A stretch of 62,854 bases of DNA, filler included, from Squatina squatina (taxonomy: Eukaryota), in NCBI GenBank assembly GCA_031763465.1. It is 4 parts of 4 records of this genome, joined end to end, with 100 filler letters (N's around TTAATTAATTAA, not from the genome) between each part and the next. Parts side by side here need not be neighbours in the genome. Positions count along the whole stretch, not along the records: positions 20,603 to 35,008 come from JARFOE010000001.1; positions 35,109 to 50,211 come from JARFOE010000036.1; 2 more parts are not named here. The stretch is one strand, 5' to 3'. Numbering within the stretch: position 1 is the stretch's first letter; every line of letters begins with the position of its first letter. Shown here piece after piece: positions 23,321 to 36,821 of this stretch. Below the pieces are notes generated by a model. That model worked only from the letters and a program-made list of their open reading frames with translations, searched no databases and was not told where the DNA came from. Position numbers and translations under genes: made by a program.

Positions 23321-26300
23321 GTGGCTCAAGCATCTTATGGAACCAGACAATCTTATTAGTCAAGGGAGTTGTAATGAGTTATACATTTTGATGTTGCCGG
23401 ATTTACCACATGATCTCTGAACTAATGGAAACTAGTGTACAAAAAAAATCCATGTAAGAAGTAAAAACCTGCTTGTGTGTAGAATTTCAAATTTATTGGT
23501 CTAATCTGCACTAACAAATCTTTGGCCTATCGATCCAAGTAAGAGAGAAAAGCAGCGTAGTGAAATTCTTGTCCGGTACATTCCCTATATACAGCCACAA
23601 TGCTACCTTCCTAGGGCTTGTACTAGTTGGATAAACAATTCTAATTGTGTTTTCACTGGCATGCTTTAATTCATTTTTATCTTTGTGTTCATGGGAAAAT
23701 TGGCATTTCAACATCATATGTATTACTAGAAGCAAAAAAATGACTAAGACTTTGTCTAATAATACAATGCATGTGGTCGTAAATTAGACCCATATCCTTG
23801 TAATTATCAAGCTGCTGGTCTTACATAATCAGAACTTCTGTCTAATACAGGGACGTGTGGAATAAAATCTCAGTGTCATTCATTATTGTAAGACAAGACC
23901 CCCAAGTCTGAAAATGTTATAGAAAAAGTTATTGATGGAAGGACAAAGCACACTATATTTTGGGGAGCATTTTTTAAGTCTGCTAAATAGAATGTTATCC
24001 CAAGCTGTCTTCTCATCATTATCACTATACTTTCCCTGCTTTGTGCATATGTAGAGCTGGACAGATTGCGCAAAACCGTGATGCATGAAAGCTGAGACCT
24101 GTAACTTGACCCAGCAATCACTCTGGAATGACAGACATTTCCAAAACCTTCCTTCAGTTTCTTTGTTATTTTCAGTAGTTTTCTATTTTAAGCAAAAATA
24201 AACAGAATGCCTTATTAGTCAAATGGAAAAAAATGCCAATGTATGAAATATTGTGCCTCTTCATTTGTCTCTGACTATGACCAAGCTGGAATCTGAACCT
24301 TACCTCCTGTAGCATTCTAGTGAGGTAGAACACTGGTGTACGTGTATCTCGTTGCTAACTGCTGGTAGCAGGAGTAGAAATGATAGGGTGGGGGAACAGG
24401 GATACATTAGCCTCCTATTTTAGGAGAGGACAAATGAGAAGCTCCACAAACCATTTCTGTCAAATGTATATTTGAGCTGTCACCAAACAGCCAACCAAAC
24501 ATTTGACTTGTCGACTCTGGTTTTTGCAAAGTCTGATATTCAGGTTATATTTCTGTCCTTTGAAATCAGAATTCAGACGAGGTCCTGTTGACCTTAAGTA
24601 ATTCAAATCACTTTAGATTTCTCCTCTATATAGAGATATTGATAATCCTACAGTGTGCATACGAGTGAAATGCCGAACTCAGTTATAGATTGCGATTTTA
24701 CCTAAAGTGCTGCAGTTTACCACAAGGACGGAAGAGTCCAAATGAAAGGCTAATGCGCAATCAATGGTTGTCCTTGAGGTTGTTAATTCCATTATTGTTC
24801 AGTTGTTGTTCTTATAACTTGTTATCTTGTCCTGCAGATACGTGAATTCAAAATTTTTTGTAATTTCCAGGGAGGAAATTATACTGGCCTGCCAGTGCAA
24901 ACTTGGTGNNNNNNNNNNNNNNNNNNNNNNNNNNNNNNNNNNNNNNNNNNNNNNNNNNNNNNNNNNNNNNNNNNNNNNNNNNNNNNNNNNNNNNNNNNNN
25001 NNNNNNNNTAACGCTAAAAGTTGAGAGTAGAGGTTTGTCAATGCCCAGAAAACAGGGCGTTGACAACGCTAAAGTTAAGACCTTGTAGCCTTGTCCAATT
25101 CCAGGGCGTTAGTCTTATTTGGGCATTGCGCCCACTGGTTACATCATCGGGACTCTCTAGCACCAAAACTCACGATTGTGGCCAAAACCCGTTAACGCCG
25201 ATTTAGCACCGACGTTAACAGGTGGACAAATTTCACGCCAAAATGCTAAACGCTATAAGTTGGCGTTAAGCACTTTGCGCCCATTTAATGCCATTTTAAC
25301 GTCTAAATAAAACCACGAGTTGGGTGCCCAATATGTTTGCGGAGCAACACAAGCCACATGGAAAAAAGAATTCCCTGAAGGACTGAACTTAAATATCTGC
25401 GCGTTATGACGCTTTCTTCTGCACAGATATTTGACCCAATGATAATCAAAAAATGTGCTCTAAAGCTCTAAACTGACTGCGTGACCTGTAGAGTATTTGG
25501 TAGCCTTGGAGCAGGTGTTCCTTGTGGGAAACCATGGTACCCGGCTATTAAAACCCAGGAGTTAATGGATGCAGGGCTCTTCACGTTGGAGGTATGTTTC
25601 TGAAGTCAAGTCAGATATACCTGTGTCCGGCTGGAGGCTTCGGATCGTCTGTCAGTGTCTGTTGTAACCCTCAATTACACTCACTCAATCTTTTTTGCTT
25701 TATAACTGAAAACCCCTTGGTGTCCATCTAAACTATCATTAGCACTAATGAAGCAATCAGTCTTTTTCACGCCAGATTAATTGTTAAAATACAGTACAAT
25801 AGGAGAAACATGGATTAGTTTAAAGGAGAATTGTTGCTGCCTACAGCGCAGCCTCCGGCAGTAATTGGGCTAAAGGTTAGGTCATAAGATTAGATGAAGG
25901 AATTCTTTTAACCCTCTCTTCCATGGTAAATTTTCAATCGTAGATTCCCCTTAGTCCTTGGAATAAACCGTGATCTCAGTGGAGCTCCAGATCAATGCGA
26001 GTACAGACAATTCCCACAGCTCTTAATGTTTGAAGGAACCACCGTACCACATTTCACAAAGTGCAATAAAGCGCTTTAAACAAAACTTCATTGCAAAGGT
26101 CAGAAGCCACGTGCAACTGCTTTGGGGAATTGTGCGATGACTGTTTCTGGTCATTCTAAATGGGGAGAAGGTTAAACATAAAAGGAATGTAGCTATAAAT
26201 TGTATTGATGCTTGTATGAAGCTGGGTTTCAGGGTCCCCAGGAATGATGGTATCAAATTTGGAGATAAAATTGTAACTGGGTGACAGCAGAAATAGTTTT

Positions 26301-26344
26301 GGCTTTCACTCAGACATTGTACTGTTGCTCAATCATGTAGAATA

Positions 26345-26450
26345 TTAAATTACATAGAATTTACAGTGCAGAAGCAGGTCATTTGGTCCAACTGGTCCAT
26401 GCCAGCGTTTATACTCCCCGCGAACCTTCTCCAATCCCTCTTCATCGAAG
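26345..26450 (-). mobile_element. CR1-clade LINE 3' end fragment
   Basis: ATTACATAGAATTTACAGTGCAGAAGCAGGTCATTTGGTCCAACTGGTCCATGCC is similar to 36826-36900. Confidence 0.65.
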
Positions 26451-29400
26451 CCTTCATTGAAATTTTTGTTTATTAAAATTGAACAGAGTTTTATACAGTT
26501 TTAGCCACCAGCATAAGCTTAAAATAGAAGACTGGGTGTGACAAAAACTGCTTGACTGAAGTTACTTTCAATTGGGTGTCAATTATAAAAACAACACTGG
26601 TAAAAGTCTCGGAAAAAATATGAAATCAGAGTTAAAAAAACGATTTTGTTTAATTTTTCTCTGTTTATTCAGTAAACTAACGAGGTTCTCTTATTCCATC
26701 AGCTGTGTTCAGAATAAAACTCCTATCGTACAGCTCTAAAGCAATGTCAGATACAGAATGCAGTTCTACGACATCAACCCTCCCAAAATCGAAAACTCCT
26801 TCAATTGTCCATGAAATCTTTTTGAATTTCATGGAGAACATGGGGGATAAATTCAGGAGCGCCTCACCCGCACAGCGTTAAATGGTGAGGTTCAAGAAGC
26901 CCCAGACTTTGAGCCTTGGACCTCATCATAATGTAGATGGCGTTGAGGAAGGAGCCCGCACAGGTTTATATGCCAATTTACAGGTAAGTGATTGGGTTGG
27001 ATCCCAGGGGTCTGGAGGAGGAATGGATGGGCCTCAGAGTTTGTGATCGGGGTTCGGTGGGGAATCAGGTAGGAAGATCACAGGCCTTGGGAGTACTGTT
27101 GGGAGGGTCAAGGGGCTAGGAGGTCGGTGCTGGGCCAAAGGGAGATCAGGTGGNNNNNNNNNNNNNNNNNNNNNNNNNNNNNNNNNNNNNNNNNNNNNNN
27201 NNNNNNNNNNNNNNNNNNNNNNNNNNNNNNNNNNNNNNNNNNNNNNNNNNNNNTGGTCATTAACATGTCGTTCAGTTATGATGACTAGCTTGACCACCCG
27301 CACCCACAGCTCTTGGCTTTGAGGAATGTTAAAACGGGCAGTTTTATTTGTTGCAGTTTAACTGATTAGCTTATAATAAGTCACTTTCATTTTAAGTTCT
27401 GGAAATAATATATAATACAATTGCATTAAATCAGAAAAGACAATGTAAAAGTTGGCGAAGATTCAGAATTTGTTACATTCACTGCTTTGGTATCTCATGT
27501 ATTTTGCCCATTTAAGTCAAGGAATGTATTCACAAATAAAACTGTCTACTAGACCCTGATTTATTTACAAAACATAGCAAAGTCATTTCTAATCTGTTCA
27601 CTTCATTAGACCCTTTTAGGGTAGTCCAGCTCAGTGCTTTTATTAAAAAAACACGATGAGCCACCTGCACAAAATATACCACTACTGGCACTGAAGGAGG
27701 TGGTGTTATCTGGGCAGACAGGGAAGCATAGTTCAGGGAGATGCTCCACTTGCTACACACCACCCAAAGTTGCTTCCAGGACTATATAGATTTCTATTAA
27801 ACAAGGTTTGCCAAAATTGTTCTGCTGGTTTACAGATTCATATGGCTTAGATTACAAATCTAGTTTGCTCAGCCTGATCTGCAGTGGCATTGGGACTACC
27901 AATACTTTCTTGCGAGAAAACTCTCATCTTCTAAATATTACTTAGTTCCTTGCTCATGCATAGCGATGCACTCTGATGAGCAAGTAACAAAATCTTGCAT
28001 TTTAATAGCTGTGCCTCCCGTTAAACATACCTTCAAGGCCTGAAGTGCAAAATTCTAAAGCAGTGCAGAGGGAGTTTTGGTATAAATTGAACCAAAGTGG
28101 ATGCATTCAGAAGGTCCTACCATGCATTCCATATTAAAAAAAACGCACCAGTATGTACCATCCTGCTTCAAGTCCCGGATATATTAAAGTCATAAAGAAT
28201 TTCTGCAATCTACCGGCTAAGCAGAATGAATCTTAAACAATAGCACGGNNNNNNNNNNNNNNNNNNNNNNNNNNNNNNNNNNNNNNNNNNNNNNNNNNNN
28301 NNNNNNNNNNNNNNNNNNNNNNNNNNNNNNNNNNNNNNNNNNNNNNNNATTCTCTCCCGCAGAGTCCGAGCTGTAACTTTTACTTTGTTTCTAAAATTGC
28401 AACAAAATACGTTTTAAAAAAAAAACCCTCACAGCCATTTTAATTATAGATGGATAGAGAGGTTAAAAGCTCAAACAAAGAGACCAGTGACTAATAATTT
28501 TTCCTTGTACTAGAACTGGTGCCTGAATGTCGTCTATTCCCCTTGAGTGATGAAAGAAGATAAGACCGAAACACTGGTCGCCTCCTGTCCAAACTCACAA
28601 CAATCCTGTCCTACAAAGATAGTAATAAGTCCATTACCTTGAAGAAATCTCATATTAAAAAAAATGCAGCAGCTCAAGCAAAGCACAGCACTTTACCTAA
28701 ACTGCTCCAAACATTGTGCTTTTGTTATCTATCAGACCACAGAAAAGCCTTGTCACAGGCATGCAAGGAGCAGACAACGGAGGTTTTTAGCTAAAGACAA
28801 TCAACATTTCATAAAACCCATCATTTACAGATTCTTTCAACCCCGCCATACAATTTTCTGATGTATTAGTGCTGCCCTGTATCGGGCTTGCATCAGGATC
28901 ATATCATCAGTAATAACAGGGCTGTGCCTCTAACTTTGATCTCCATTCAGCCGTCTTTGAAAACAGGAACTTCACAAAACTTTAAAGACAATTGTCTTTA
29001 AAGACAATAGAGCTCAAAGTATCACCATTTGATTGAATTAGTAAAGTTAGCCAGTTATTATTTGGGCAATTGGAAAGTAACAATTTCTTCAGCATGGGGT
29101 TATATCTTATTTCTATGCTACCTTTTCAACACTTCTGCCATTTTTAAAATTGATTTCTCTCCAATTACCTATATTATTCTCTCTCCCATTTTTCACACTC
29201 TCAAGCCACTCATATTTTCTCACCTAAGTTAACAGGCTTGCAACATAGCCCTCAGTCTCTGCCAGTCCCAGTCTGTAACCAACTGCTTGAAGTGCACCAT
29301 GGCAGCCCAGAGTGTCTCAGACACCAATTCCCTACGATCACATCTTACCCATAGTGAAGCAGCTGTGCCTACCTGTCATCTCCCTGCGACAGCCTGCCCA

Positions 29401-29529
29401 AAAAGAGGAATTCACCTTGCACTGAAACATGATTGTGAATCCAAATGCTATCAATCCAATGCACAGATGTCATAGATCACCCAATGCTTGTAAACAGTCA
29501 GGGGTAATTTTAACCTACCCTGTCTGGTA

Positions 29530-29577
29530 AGAACATAAGAACATAAGAAATAGGAGCAGGAGTAGGCCATTCAGCCC
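29530..29577 (-). mobile_element. CR1-clade LINE/SINE 3' tail
   Basis: AGAACATAAGAACATAAGAAATAGGAGCAGGAGTAGGCCATTCAGCCC. Confidence 0.75.
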
Positions 29578-32067
29578 NNNNNNNNNNNNNNNNNNNNNNN
29601 NNNNNNNNNNNNNNNNNNNNNNNNNNNNNNNNNNNNNNNNNNNNNNNNNNNNNNNNNNNNNNNNNNNNNNNNNNNNNAGAAGACCTATACCCAAAAAGGA
29701 GATGAGATCATACTGGGCAGTAGTCTAGGCAAATGAGTGTGAGATCAGAATCCAAGCATGTGTATATCATACTGCAGGTAATATAGTACAGTTCTATGCT
29801 GGCTGGAACTGCAGTCAATTAGGATGTGTGTGAGAAAGTTCTGCCAATCTGGATGTCATCCCACTGATGATGTGTTACTGCTAAGGTACTGGATACTAAA
29901 TCAAAACAAACATCAACTAAAATATTCAGTACACAGTATGGGGCAATTCTTTTCATTTAAGTCACATTTCTTCTCCTTATGCATAGATTTAGGTCCATGA
30001 TCATAATTTAACTCAGTACAATTGAGCTTACACTTTGCTGTGAGCATTTCTGGTTTGTCTTTTTCTTTATATTTTATTTTGTTCCTCTCTGTTTTAGTAC
30101 TTAAACATTAATAGTCTGACACAGAATAAGATGTGCTATGATATGGATACATTGATATATTCCTATAAAAATCTTTTGTCTGCTACTATAATGAGGGTAT
30201 TAAGCTGTTAATTTTATCACACAGTGTGCTTTCACCCAGGCATGCTTAGATTGAGTGACTTGGTTGCAAATTGTGACCAGTGCCTTAAAACAATAAAAAA
30301 TTGGATTGATTCCTAAAATGGTAAGTGAAAATAAAATGTAACTTTATGCTTGTCCATTAAGCTCTGATTTCACTAAACACTACAGTGCAATTGCACTTTT
30401 AATAGCGATTTGAGTGGGGAACCGTGGTTATGTGGTCCAGTTGCACTGGTGTTGAATGAGAGAAAGCAGAGCTCCAGGCATGTGTAGTCAGTCCCTATAG
30501 AGNNNNNNNNNNGCCTGTGCTGCCGAGGAAACCTCTAACGATTGAAGAGTTGACAGAAAAGCCAGCTCGTTTCAGTCACCAGGACTTAGCAGCAACCTGC
30601 CTCGGGTTTTCTAAACTTTTAAAATGAAAGATTAAAATTGCAACAAATGCACGGTATTAGCAAGTAACCTTCCTGCCGGTGACAAGCATCTAATTCCTGT
30701 GAAGTAAGCAGGATTTGCGTATTTGATGTCAGTGTTGTACAAAGGATCTTACTGCACTGACACCAAAACTACTGTATGACTAAGGCTTTATATGTTGCTT
30801 TCTGTTTAATAGCCATAATAATTCACATGTCAGTTTGTTACTCTTGAGAACAAGGTCAAATTGGATTGTGACACCTCCTGCAGACTATCAGGGTGAGCTT
30901 TGATTTGATTGATAGTGCACAAAGGATTTGCAGCAAGACTGACATGGTGGGCAGAAGGTCTTCAAACTGATAGCAATTACAGATCATAATGATTGAAGGA
31001 CAATCCCTGTATATGGCCCTCCAATGGTGTTCACTTAAGTACTCGGGGTTACATTTCCCAAGGGATTGCTCCTGCTCATCTGTTGTTACTTTGACGGAAG
31101 ATTGTCTGAACCTCGGTGACACAACATTTCTGTCGTTGCTTCNNNNNNNNNNNNNNNNNNNNNNNNNNNNNNNNNNNNNNNNNNNNNNNNNNNNNNNNNN
31201 NNNNNNNNNNNNNNNNNNNNNNNNNNNNNNNNNNNNNNNNNNGAACATAACAGACCCTGTTTTCTGCTCCACTCGTCGTGATTCAATTTCTGCAAATATG
31301 TAAGTGCCTGACGACTGTTTTAGGTGGCCGCTGAGAGGCCTGAAAAATAGTCCAACTCAATACAGAAATTTGGTTTCCGAAATTGGCCCTCATTGTGCCC
31401 ATTTTAAAACTGGTATAACAAGGTCCAATTTCGACCCATGAAAGTTTTCTGAGGCACAAGCCCCTGGATCCCCCAACCACTCCTGCCCAGAAATGAACCA
31501 CCAATTTTGTGCCTTCAACATTTAGATTTCCCCTTTCAGGCATCTATGTATTTACATTTTTTTCCTCCAATACAAGTGAGGGAGTGTTTGCTATAACTAC
31601 AGCTTAAGTTACAAAGCCCAAGGAACTACTTGTTTTCACATGTCAGGACCATTTTTCAGTTGTCAGCTTTTTCAGAAGCTGTGGGTCAGGTATTTAGGTT
31701 GGCATGTATGCACTCGTTTAGCTAAGAATATAGGAGAGTATCGTCTAAGCACTGACTTCCCCACTTTTACATTACTACAATCAGCTCCTTTATCCTGATC
31801 GGAGAATTAGGGCCTGTTGAATGTTTGTCTCCTGTGGGTTCTCATCCTGTGGTTCATGTGTCTGTTTCTGTACAGTCCAGTTTCTGATCTCCTGTAAATG
31901 AGACTGTCTTAGCCTCTTGCATCAACTGCTCCTTCACCAATTACCATTTGAGTCATGAAAAGGAATGNNNNNNNNNNNNNNNNNNNNNNNNNNNNNNNNN
32001 NNNNNNNNNNNNNNNNNNNNNNNNNNNNNNNNNNNNNNNNNNNNNNNNNNNNNNNNNNNNNNNNNNN

Positions 32068-32240
32068 AGCAGACGGGGTCTCGGTTTAACGTCTCATCCG
32101 AAAGACCGCACCTCGGATAGTGCAGCTCTCCCTCTGTACTGCACTGGAGTGTCAACGTGGATTATGTGCTCAAGTCTCTGGAGTGGGACTTGAAGCCACA
32201 ACCTTCTGAGGGTGCTACCAAATGAGTCACTGCTGACACT
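32068..32240 (-). mobile_element. tRNA-headed SINE (SacSINE1-like), 5' half
   Basis: Minus strand begins GTGTCAGCAGTGACTCATTTGGTAGCAC...GGCTTCAAGTCCCACTCCAGAGAC (A/B-box-like), then GTCTTTCGGATGAGACGTTAAACCGAG. Confidence 0.7.
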
Positions 32241-35008
32241 AAACAGACATTTTCTGGGAAATTGGCCTCTCCTGCTGCCTCTGATGCCTACGCCTGGCAG
32301 GTCTGGTTTAAACAAAAAAAACCTTCAACCTGACCTGTGGCAGATAACAGGACTCTATGGCCCTCAGATTTATTTGATATTCTAACAGGGTTTGATTTAG
32401 TTCAAAGACCAAAGACAATCTTCTGTAAATTGTGTTTATAAAAGTGCATTTTGTTTAAACACTGAACTTTCAGATTTAAGAAAGACGTAAACACAAAAAT
32501 AGATCTGTTTGAGTTAAATCAATGTTTATTATTTGCAGCTATCAATATTTAGAATGCTTTGTCTCTTTATTGTAAATAATAGTGTGGCAAAACAGATCTA
32601 AAATATTGTTTTATTGTAACTGCATTCTCATTAACATTAAAAACTGTTTGAATATTCAAATAAAAGTATTTTATTTTATTAGACTAATGCCAAGCCATAC
32701 AAGTCTGTTTAAGGTCCAATTAAATAAAGCTGCAACAACAAATAATGTTACATATTATGTTGACACAATCAAATTATCAAAGCATAACATAATGTAAATA
32801 TTTGTAACCAAACNNNNNNNNNNNNNNNNNNNNNNNNNNNNNNNNNNNNNNNNNNNNNNNNNNNNNNNNNNNNNNNNNNNNNNNNNNNNNNNNNNNNNNN
32901 NNNNNNNNNNNNNGTAAATATTTGTAACCAAACAGTAAGCTAATTTTCAGCTCTTTAATATATTCAATATACTGCATTGATTAGAATTAGCTCAGCACTG
33001 GAAGAGATATTTTCCCACTTTATATTCAGAAAGGATTGGGCATTCTTACCCAAACATGAAGAGGCTCCAGCAAAGCTAAACATAAGAATGATTGATTTAG
33101 CAGCATCTAACCCATCACAGAAGCATTCTCTTTTGTTGAGTAAGTTTGTGTCTATGCTGTCTGAGAAACTGTATGAGCTAAGTTTAAGGCTCTTTGTTAC
33201 TTCGTACCTTTTCCCCCCAAATTTCTTGGGAATTCTTTTTATTTCAAAATAAAATCTAGATGCAGATAACGGGATGTTACATTTCCTGGACGAAAATCAG
33301 AGCTAAAATGAATGCTGAAAATATGTTGTAAAACCCTCTGAGACATATTTTCAAACTGTTGTTGCATTAAGAGGTGTATTCCCTTTGGGTGCTGTGTTAA
33401 ATAAAAAAGTAGCCACAAGTAAACAGAGGAGAAAGACCAACAGACAGCAGTAACAGAAGAAAAAGGTTTGGTTCTCCCACATCTCAGATTTGTGCACTCA
33501 TCATAAAATGTGTGAAACAAAATTGACAGAAAAATTCTTTGTTAAGAACTGTTCTTAAAAAAAAACGCACACACGCACAGCATTGCACAGAAAAGAAATT
33601 TAAGAAAACTCACATTCAGATTAGGGGTTAGTTTTATGAAGGAAAAGCAAGATAATCCCAGCTAAGAATTTAAAGACCTTTATAATAACATGGCAATCAA
33701 AGCATTAGTTATATTTTAAGAACTACTCTTTTAAAATTAGTATTTTAATGGAATGTTAACTGGGATGTATAACTAGCAATGACCGACAATCAATAACTAG
33801 TTACCTAAAGTCGTCCGTAACACAGTGACTGCCTTTTGAGAAAACAGATGGCATATTATCATATAGCCATCCCCCTCCCTGACTGTTTGTAACCTTGGCA
33901 TTCTATCTGAACCTGAGCTGAGCTTCTGACCCCATAGTCTCTCCATCACTAAGACTATCATAACATCGCCTGTCTCCACCCCTGCCTCAGNNNNNNNNNN
34001 NNNNNNNNNNNNNNNNNNNNNNNNNNNNNNNNNNNNNNNNNNNNNNNNNNNNNNNNNNNNNNNNNNNNNNNNNNNNNNNNNNNNNNNNNNAATGTTGGTA
34101 GGGAGAAGACTTGGCCAGGATAACAATAACATAATGGCTATCTGGGACGGCAGAAGCTTTACTCCTAGACCAAATCCAAACTGCAATCAGCCTGTCTTTG
34201 TCAGCTGCATGTTCATCTCTTCTCACTAGAATCAATCATGGGCAACATGAGCAATATAAGCAAATAACTTATTGTTCCAGACGGGGTGGGCTTTTGAGAC
34301 AATGCGGTCAATTTTCATGTAACAGAGCGCATCATCCACCCATTATAAAAACCATCCAATTTTCCTCTCACTTCAGAAGCTTTTACACTTCTGTTATCAG
34401 AATGCTGATCATATAAATGAAATGAAAAGGAGATATTGGTTATACATTCCTCCTTGGACAAGGATTGAAAATCACCATCATAGTTCTTGTAATGAATATA
34501 TATGGTTCCGAATCTGACAAAGTAGATTTCATGCATCAGATAAACCACCAAATGTTGTCAATTTCTGTGTGTATAGGATTGGCTTTAATGTTGTTTATGT
34601 TGTTGCTTGCTCGTGAGCCTGGCTGTGATTAGTTGAGGTTGGCAGCTAAGTGATTACATACCATATTTACTCCACTGCGGTAGACCAAGTCCTTTCTGCT
34701 TGGTTGTTTTTTGCCCTCTGGGTCCTTTTTCAAACTGCTTCCAGACATCTGATGCTGCTGATTATTTTGGACGCTATGTCTTTGACACACATATGGTAAA
34801 GTATACAGTAGCCTGTGCCGAGGATAAAAGCATACAATACTTGCAGATAAAAGAATAACAGATTTTGTTACCATCACTAATGAGGTATTTGCATTATGTA
34901 ATATATCTCACTCGCGAAAACATGACAATTATATCTGATGTTTTGTATTTGTTTATTTCAGCTAGAAAGGTGAACTCAATAAACCTTTTTACAACCTAGA
35001 AATTGATG

Positions 35009-35108
35009 NNNNNNNNNNNNNNNNNNNNNNNNNNNNNNNNNNNNNNNNNNNNTTAATTAATTAANNNNNNNNNNNNNNNNNNNNNNNNNNNNNNNNNNNN
35101 NNNNNNNN
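35009..35108. other. Artificial scaffold-joining spacer
   Basis: N44-TTAATTAATTAA-N44; core at 35053-35064. Confidence 0.97.
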
Positions 35109-35304
35109 CGCCAGGGTCACCAAGAACACACAAAAATTGTTTGCGGAATGTTTCTAGCATAGCTTGTCCGCCCAGTTTACCTGCAGCAAAACAGTCATTG
35201 CATTTCAAAATGAATTTACTGTATATGAAGTGCTTGTGGATATTTTGATATAATAGTGTGTTATATAAATGCAAGTGTAATCATCATTAATGACTTGCCT
35301 GCAG

Positions 35305-35460
35305 CAAATCAGCCAACACCAAGAACACTTCATCCAGATGTTGAACGAGCCGATGGAGGATGTTGTTGAGATCGAAGGGGAGATGGGAGCTGTCGGAGAG
35401 GATACAGCACAGACGAACTACATTCAAGTTACACCCCAAGAGAAGGAAGCCATAGAGCGG
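35305..35460 (+). CDS. RAD23A: UV excision repair protein RAD23 homolog A, penultimate exon (end of XPC-binding domain to start of UBA2)
   Basis: ctgcag|[52 protein letters not shown]|gtcagt. The linker resembles RAD23A (VEGEVGAIGEE) rather than the Gly-rich RAD23B linker, and NFIX lies on the same scaffold. Confidence 0.9.
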
Positions 35461-36195
35461 GTCAGTGAAAACCAGTAAAGAAACATAGCTAAACTAGAAG
35501 AGAGCTTTTCATAGAATTGAAAACAGACCCTTCCTATGTCCTGTGGAGCCCTGATTCAGTCGGTGGGATTTTCAGTCGTGGGCTTTTTAAAATAAAGATA
35601 GGGTAGAGAGAAACTATTTCCGCTGGTTGGGGGATCTCGGACTAGGGGGCACAGNNNNNNNNNNNNNNNNNNNNNNNNNNNNNNNNNNNNNNNNNNNNNN
35701 NNNNNNNNNNNNNNNNNNNNNNNNNNNNNNNNNNNNNNNNNNNNNNNNNNNNNNTATGTCACATAATCCTAATTTTCCAAATAGGTTTTTCTTTTGTTAG
35801 AATCTATTCCTTTTTATCCAGTTCACTGTACATCGGCTTGTGTTATACCTGACTGGGGAATATTTGATAACCAAAATGTCAGTGTTCTATCCCTGCGCTC
35901 TGACACCCATCATCTTAATGAACACACACACAAAATCACCTCCTCCCCCTAAATCCCTAAAAAATTGCAGTCCTCAGTCTGAATTTAACCAGCTAAGTTT
36001 AGGATTTGTCTCACTTGTCCAATTATTTCCTGTAGCTGAACTAGAATGATTGGTTTTAATTGGTGTAATTTATTCGATTCACAGGCAAGATAACTGCTTC
36101 ATTATAAAAAAAACTTCAGTTTGAATTTACCTTCTTTGCTTGTTTTGCTATTTAATACATACTATGTAATGAACATTAAGATGGGCTAAATAGCA

Positions 36196-36524
36196 AACAA
36201 TAACTTGTATTTATATAGCGCCTTCAATGTAGTAAAACATTCCGAGGTGCTGCACATGAGTGTTATTGGACAAAAATTTGACACCGAGCCACAAAAAGAG
36301 GTATTAGGACAGGTGACCCAAAGCTTGGTCAAAGATGTACGGAGAGTCTGAAAGGAGGAGAGAGGTGGAAAGGTTTAGGGAGGGAATTCTATAGCTTAGG
36401 GATCAGCCAGCTGAAGACACTGCCACTAATGATGGAGCAACAAAAATCGGGGATGCGTAAGAGACCAGAATTGGAGATTTCAGAGGGTTGTAGGGCTGCA
36501 GGAGGTTACAGAGAATGAGAGGGG
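36196..36524 (-). mobile_element. L2-clade LINE 3' end
   Basis: AACTTGTATTTATATAGCGCCTT tail plus minus-strand peptide LCNLLQPYNPL. Related copies at 44350-44516 (+) and 45235-45325 (-). Confidence 0.7.
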
Positions 36525-36662
36525 NNNNNNNNNNNNNNNNNNNNNNNNNNNNNNNNNNNNNNNNNNNNNNNNNNNNNNNNNNNNNNNNNNNNNNNNNNNN
36601 NNNNNNNNNNNNNNNNNNNNNNNNCTCTATACACAAATGTGAATAGAGTGCAATCTCACTAA

Positions 36663-36795
36663 TTTTGAAGAAAGGGTCAGCGACCTGAGACGTTGACTCT
36701 GTTTCTCTCTCCACAGATGCTGCCTGACCTGCTGAGTAATTCCAGCATTTTGTGTTTTTATTTGAGATTGACAGTATCTGCCGTCTTTTGCTTTC
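36663..36795 (+). mobile_element. Penelope-associated short repeat (pLTR-like) with a degenerate hammerhead-like core
   Basis: TTGAAGAAAGGGTCAGCGACCTGAGACGTTGACTCTGTTTCTCTCTCCACAGATGCTGCCTGACCTGCTGAG, recalled as a common elasmobranch repeat. Confidence 0.55.
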
Positions 36796-36821
36796 GTTTC
36801 ACTGTTTTTGACCTGTGAACT

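Noticed and set aside
28545-28585. TGATGA...GAAAC-ACTG-GTC hammerhead-like string
   Set aside because: There is no stem II pairing, G replaces C3, and stem I is not convincing.
32160-32240. tRNA gene
   Set aside because: The A/B-box-like head runs into SINE body sequence and forms no cloverleaf. It is a tRNA-derived SINE.
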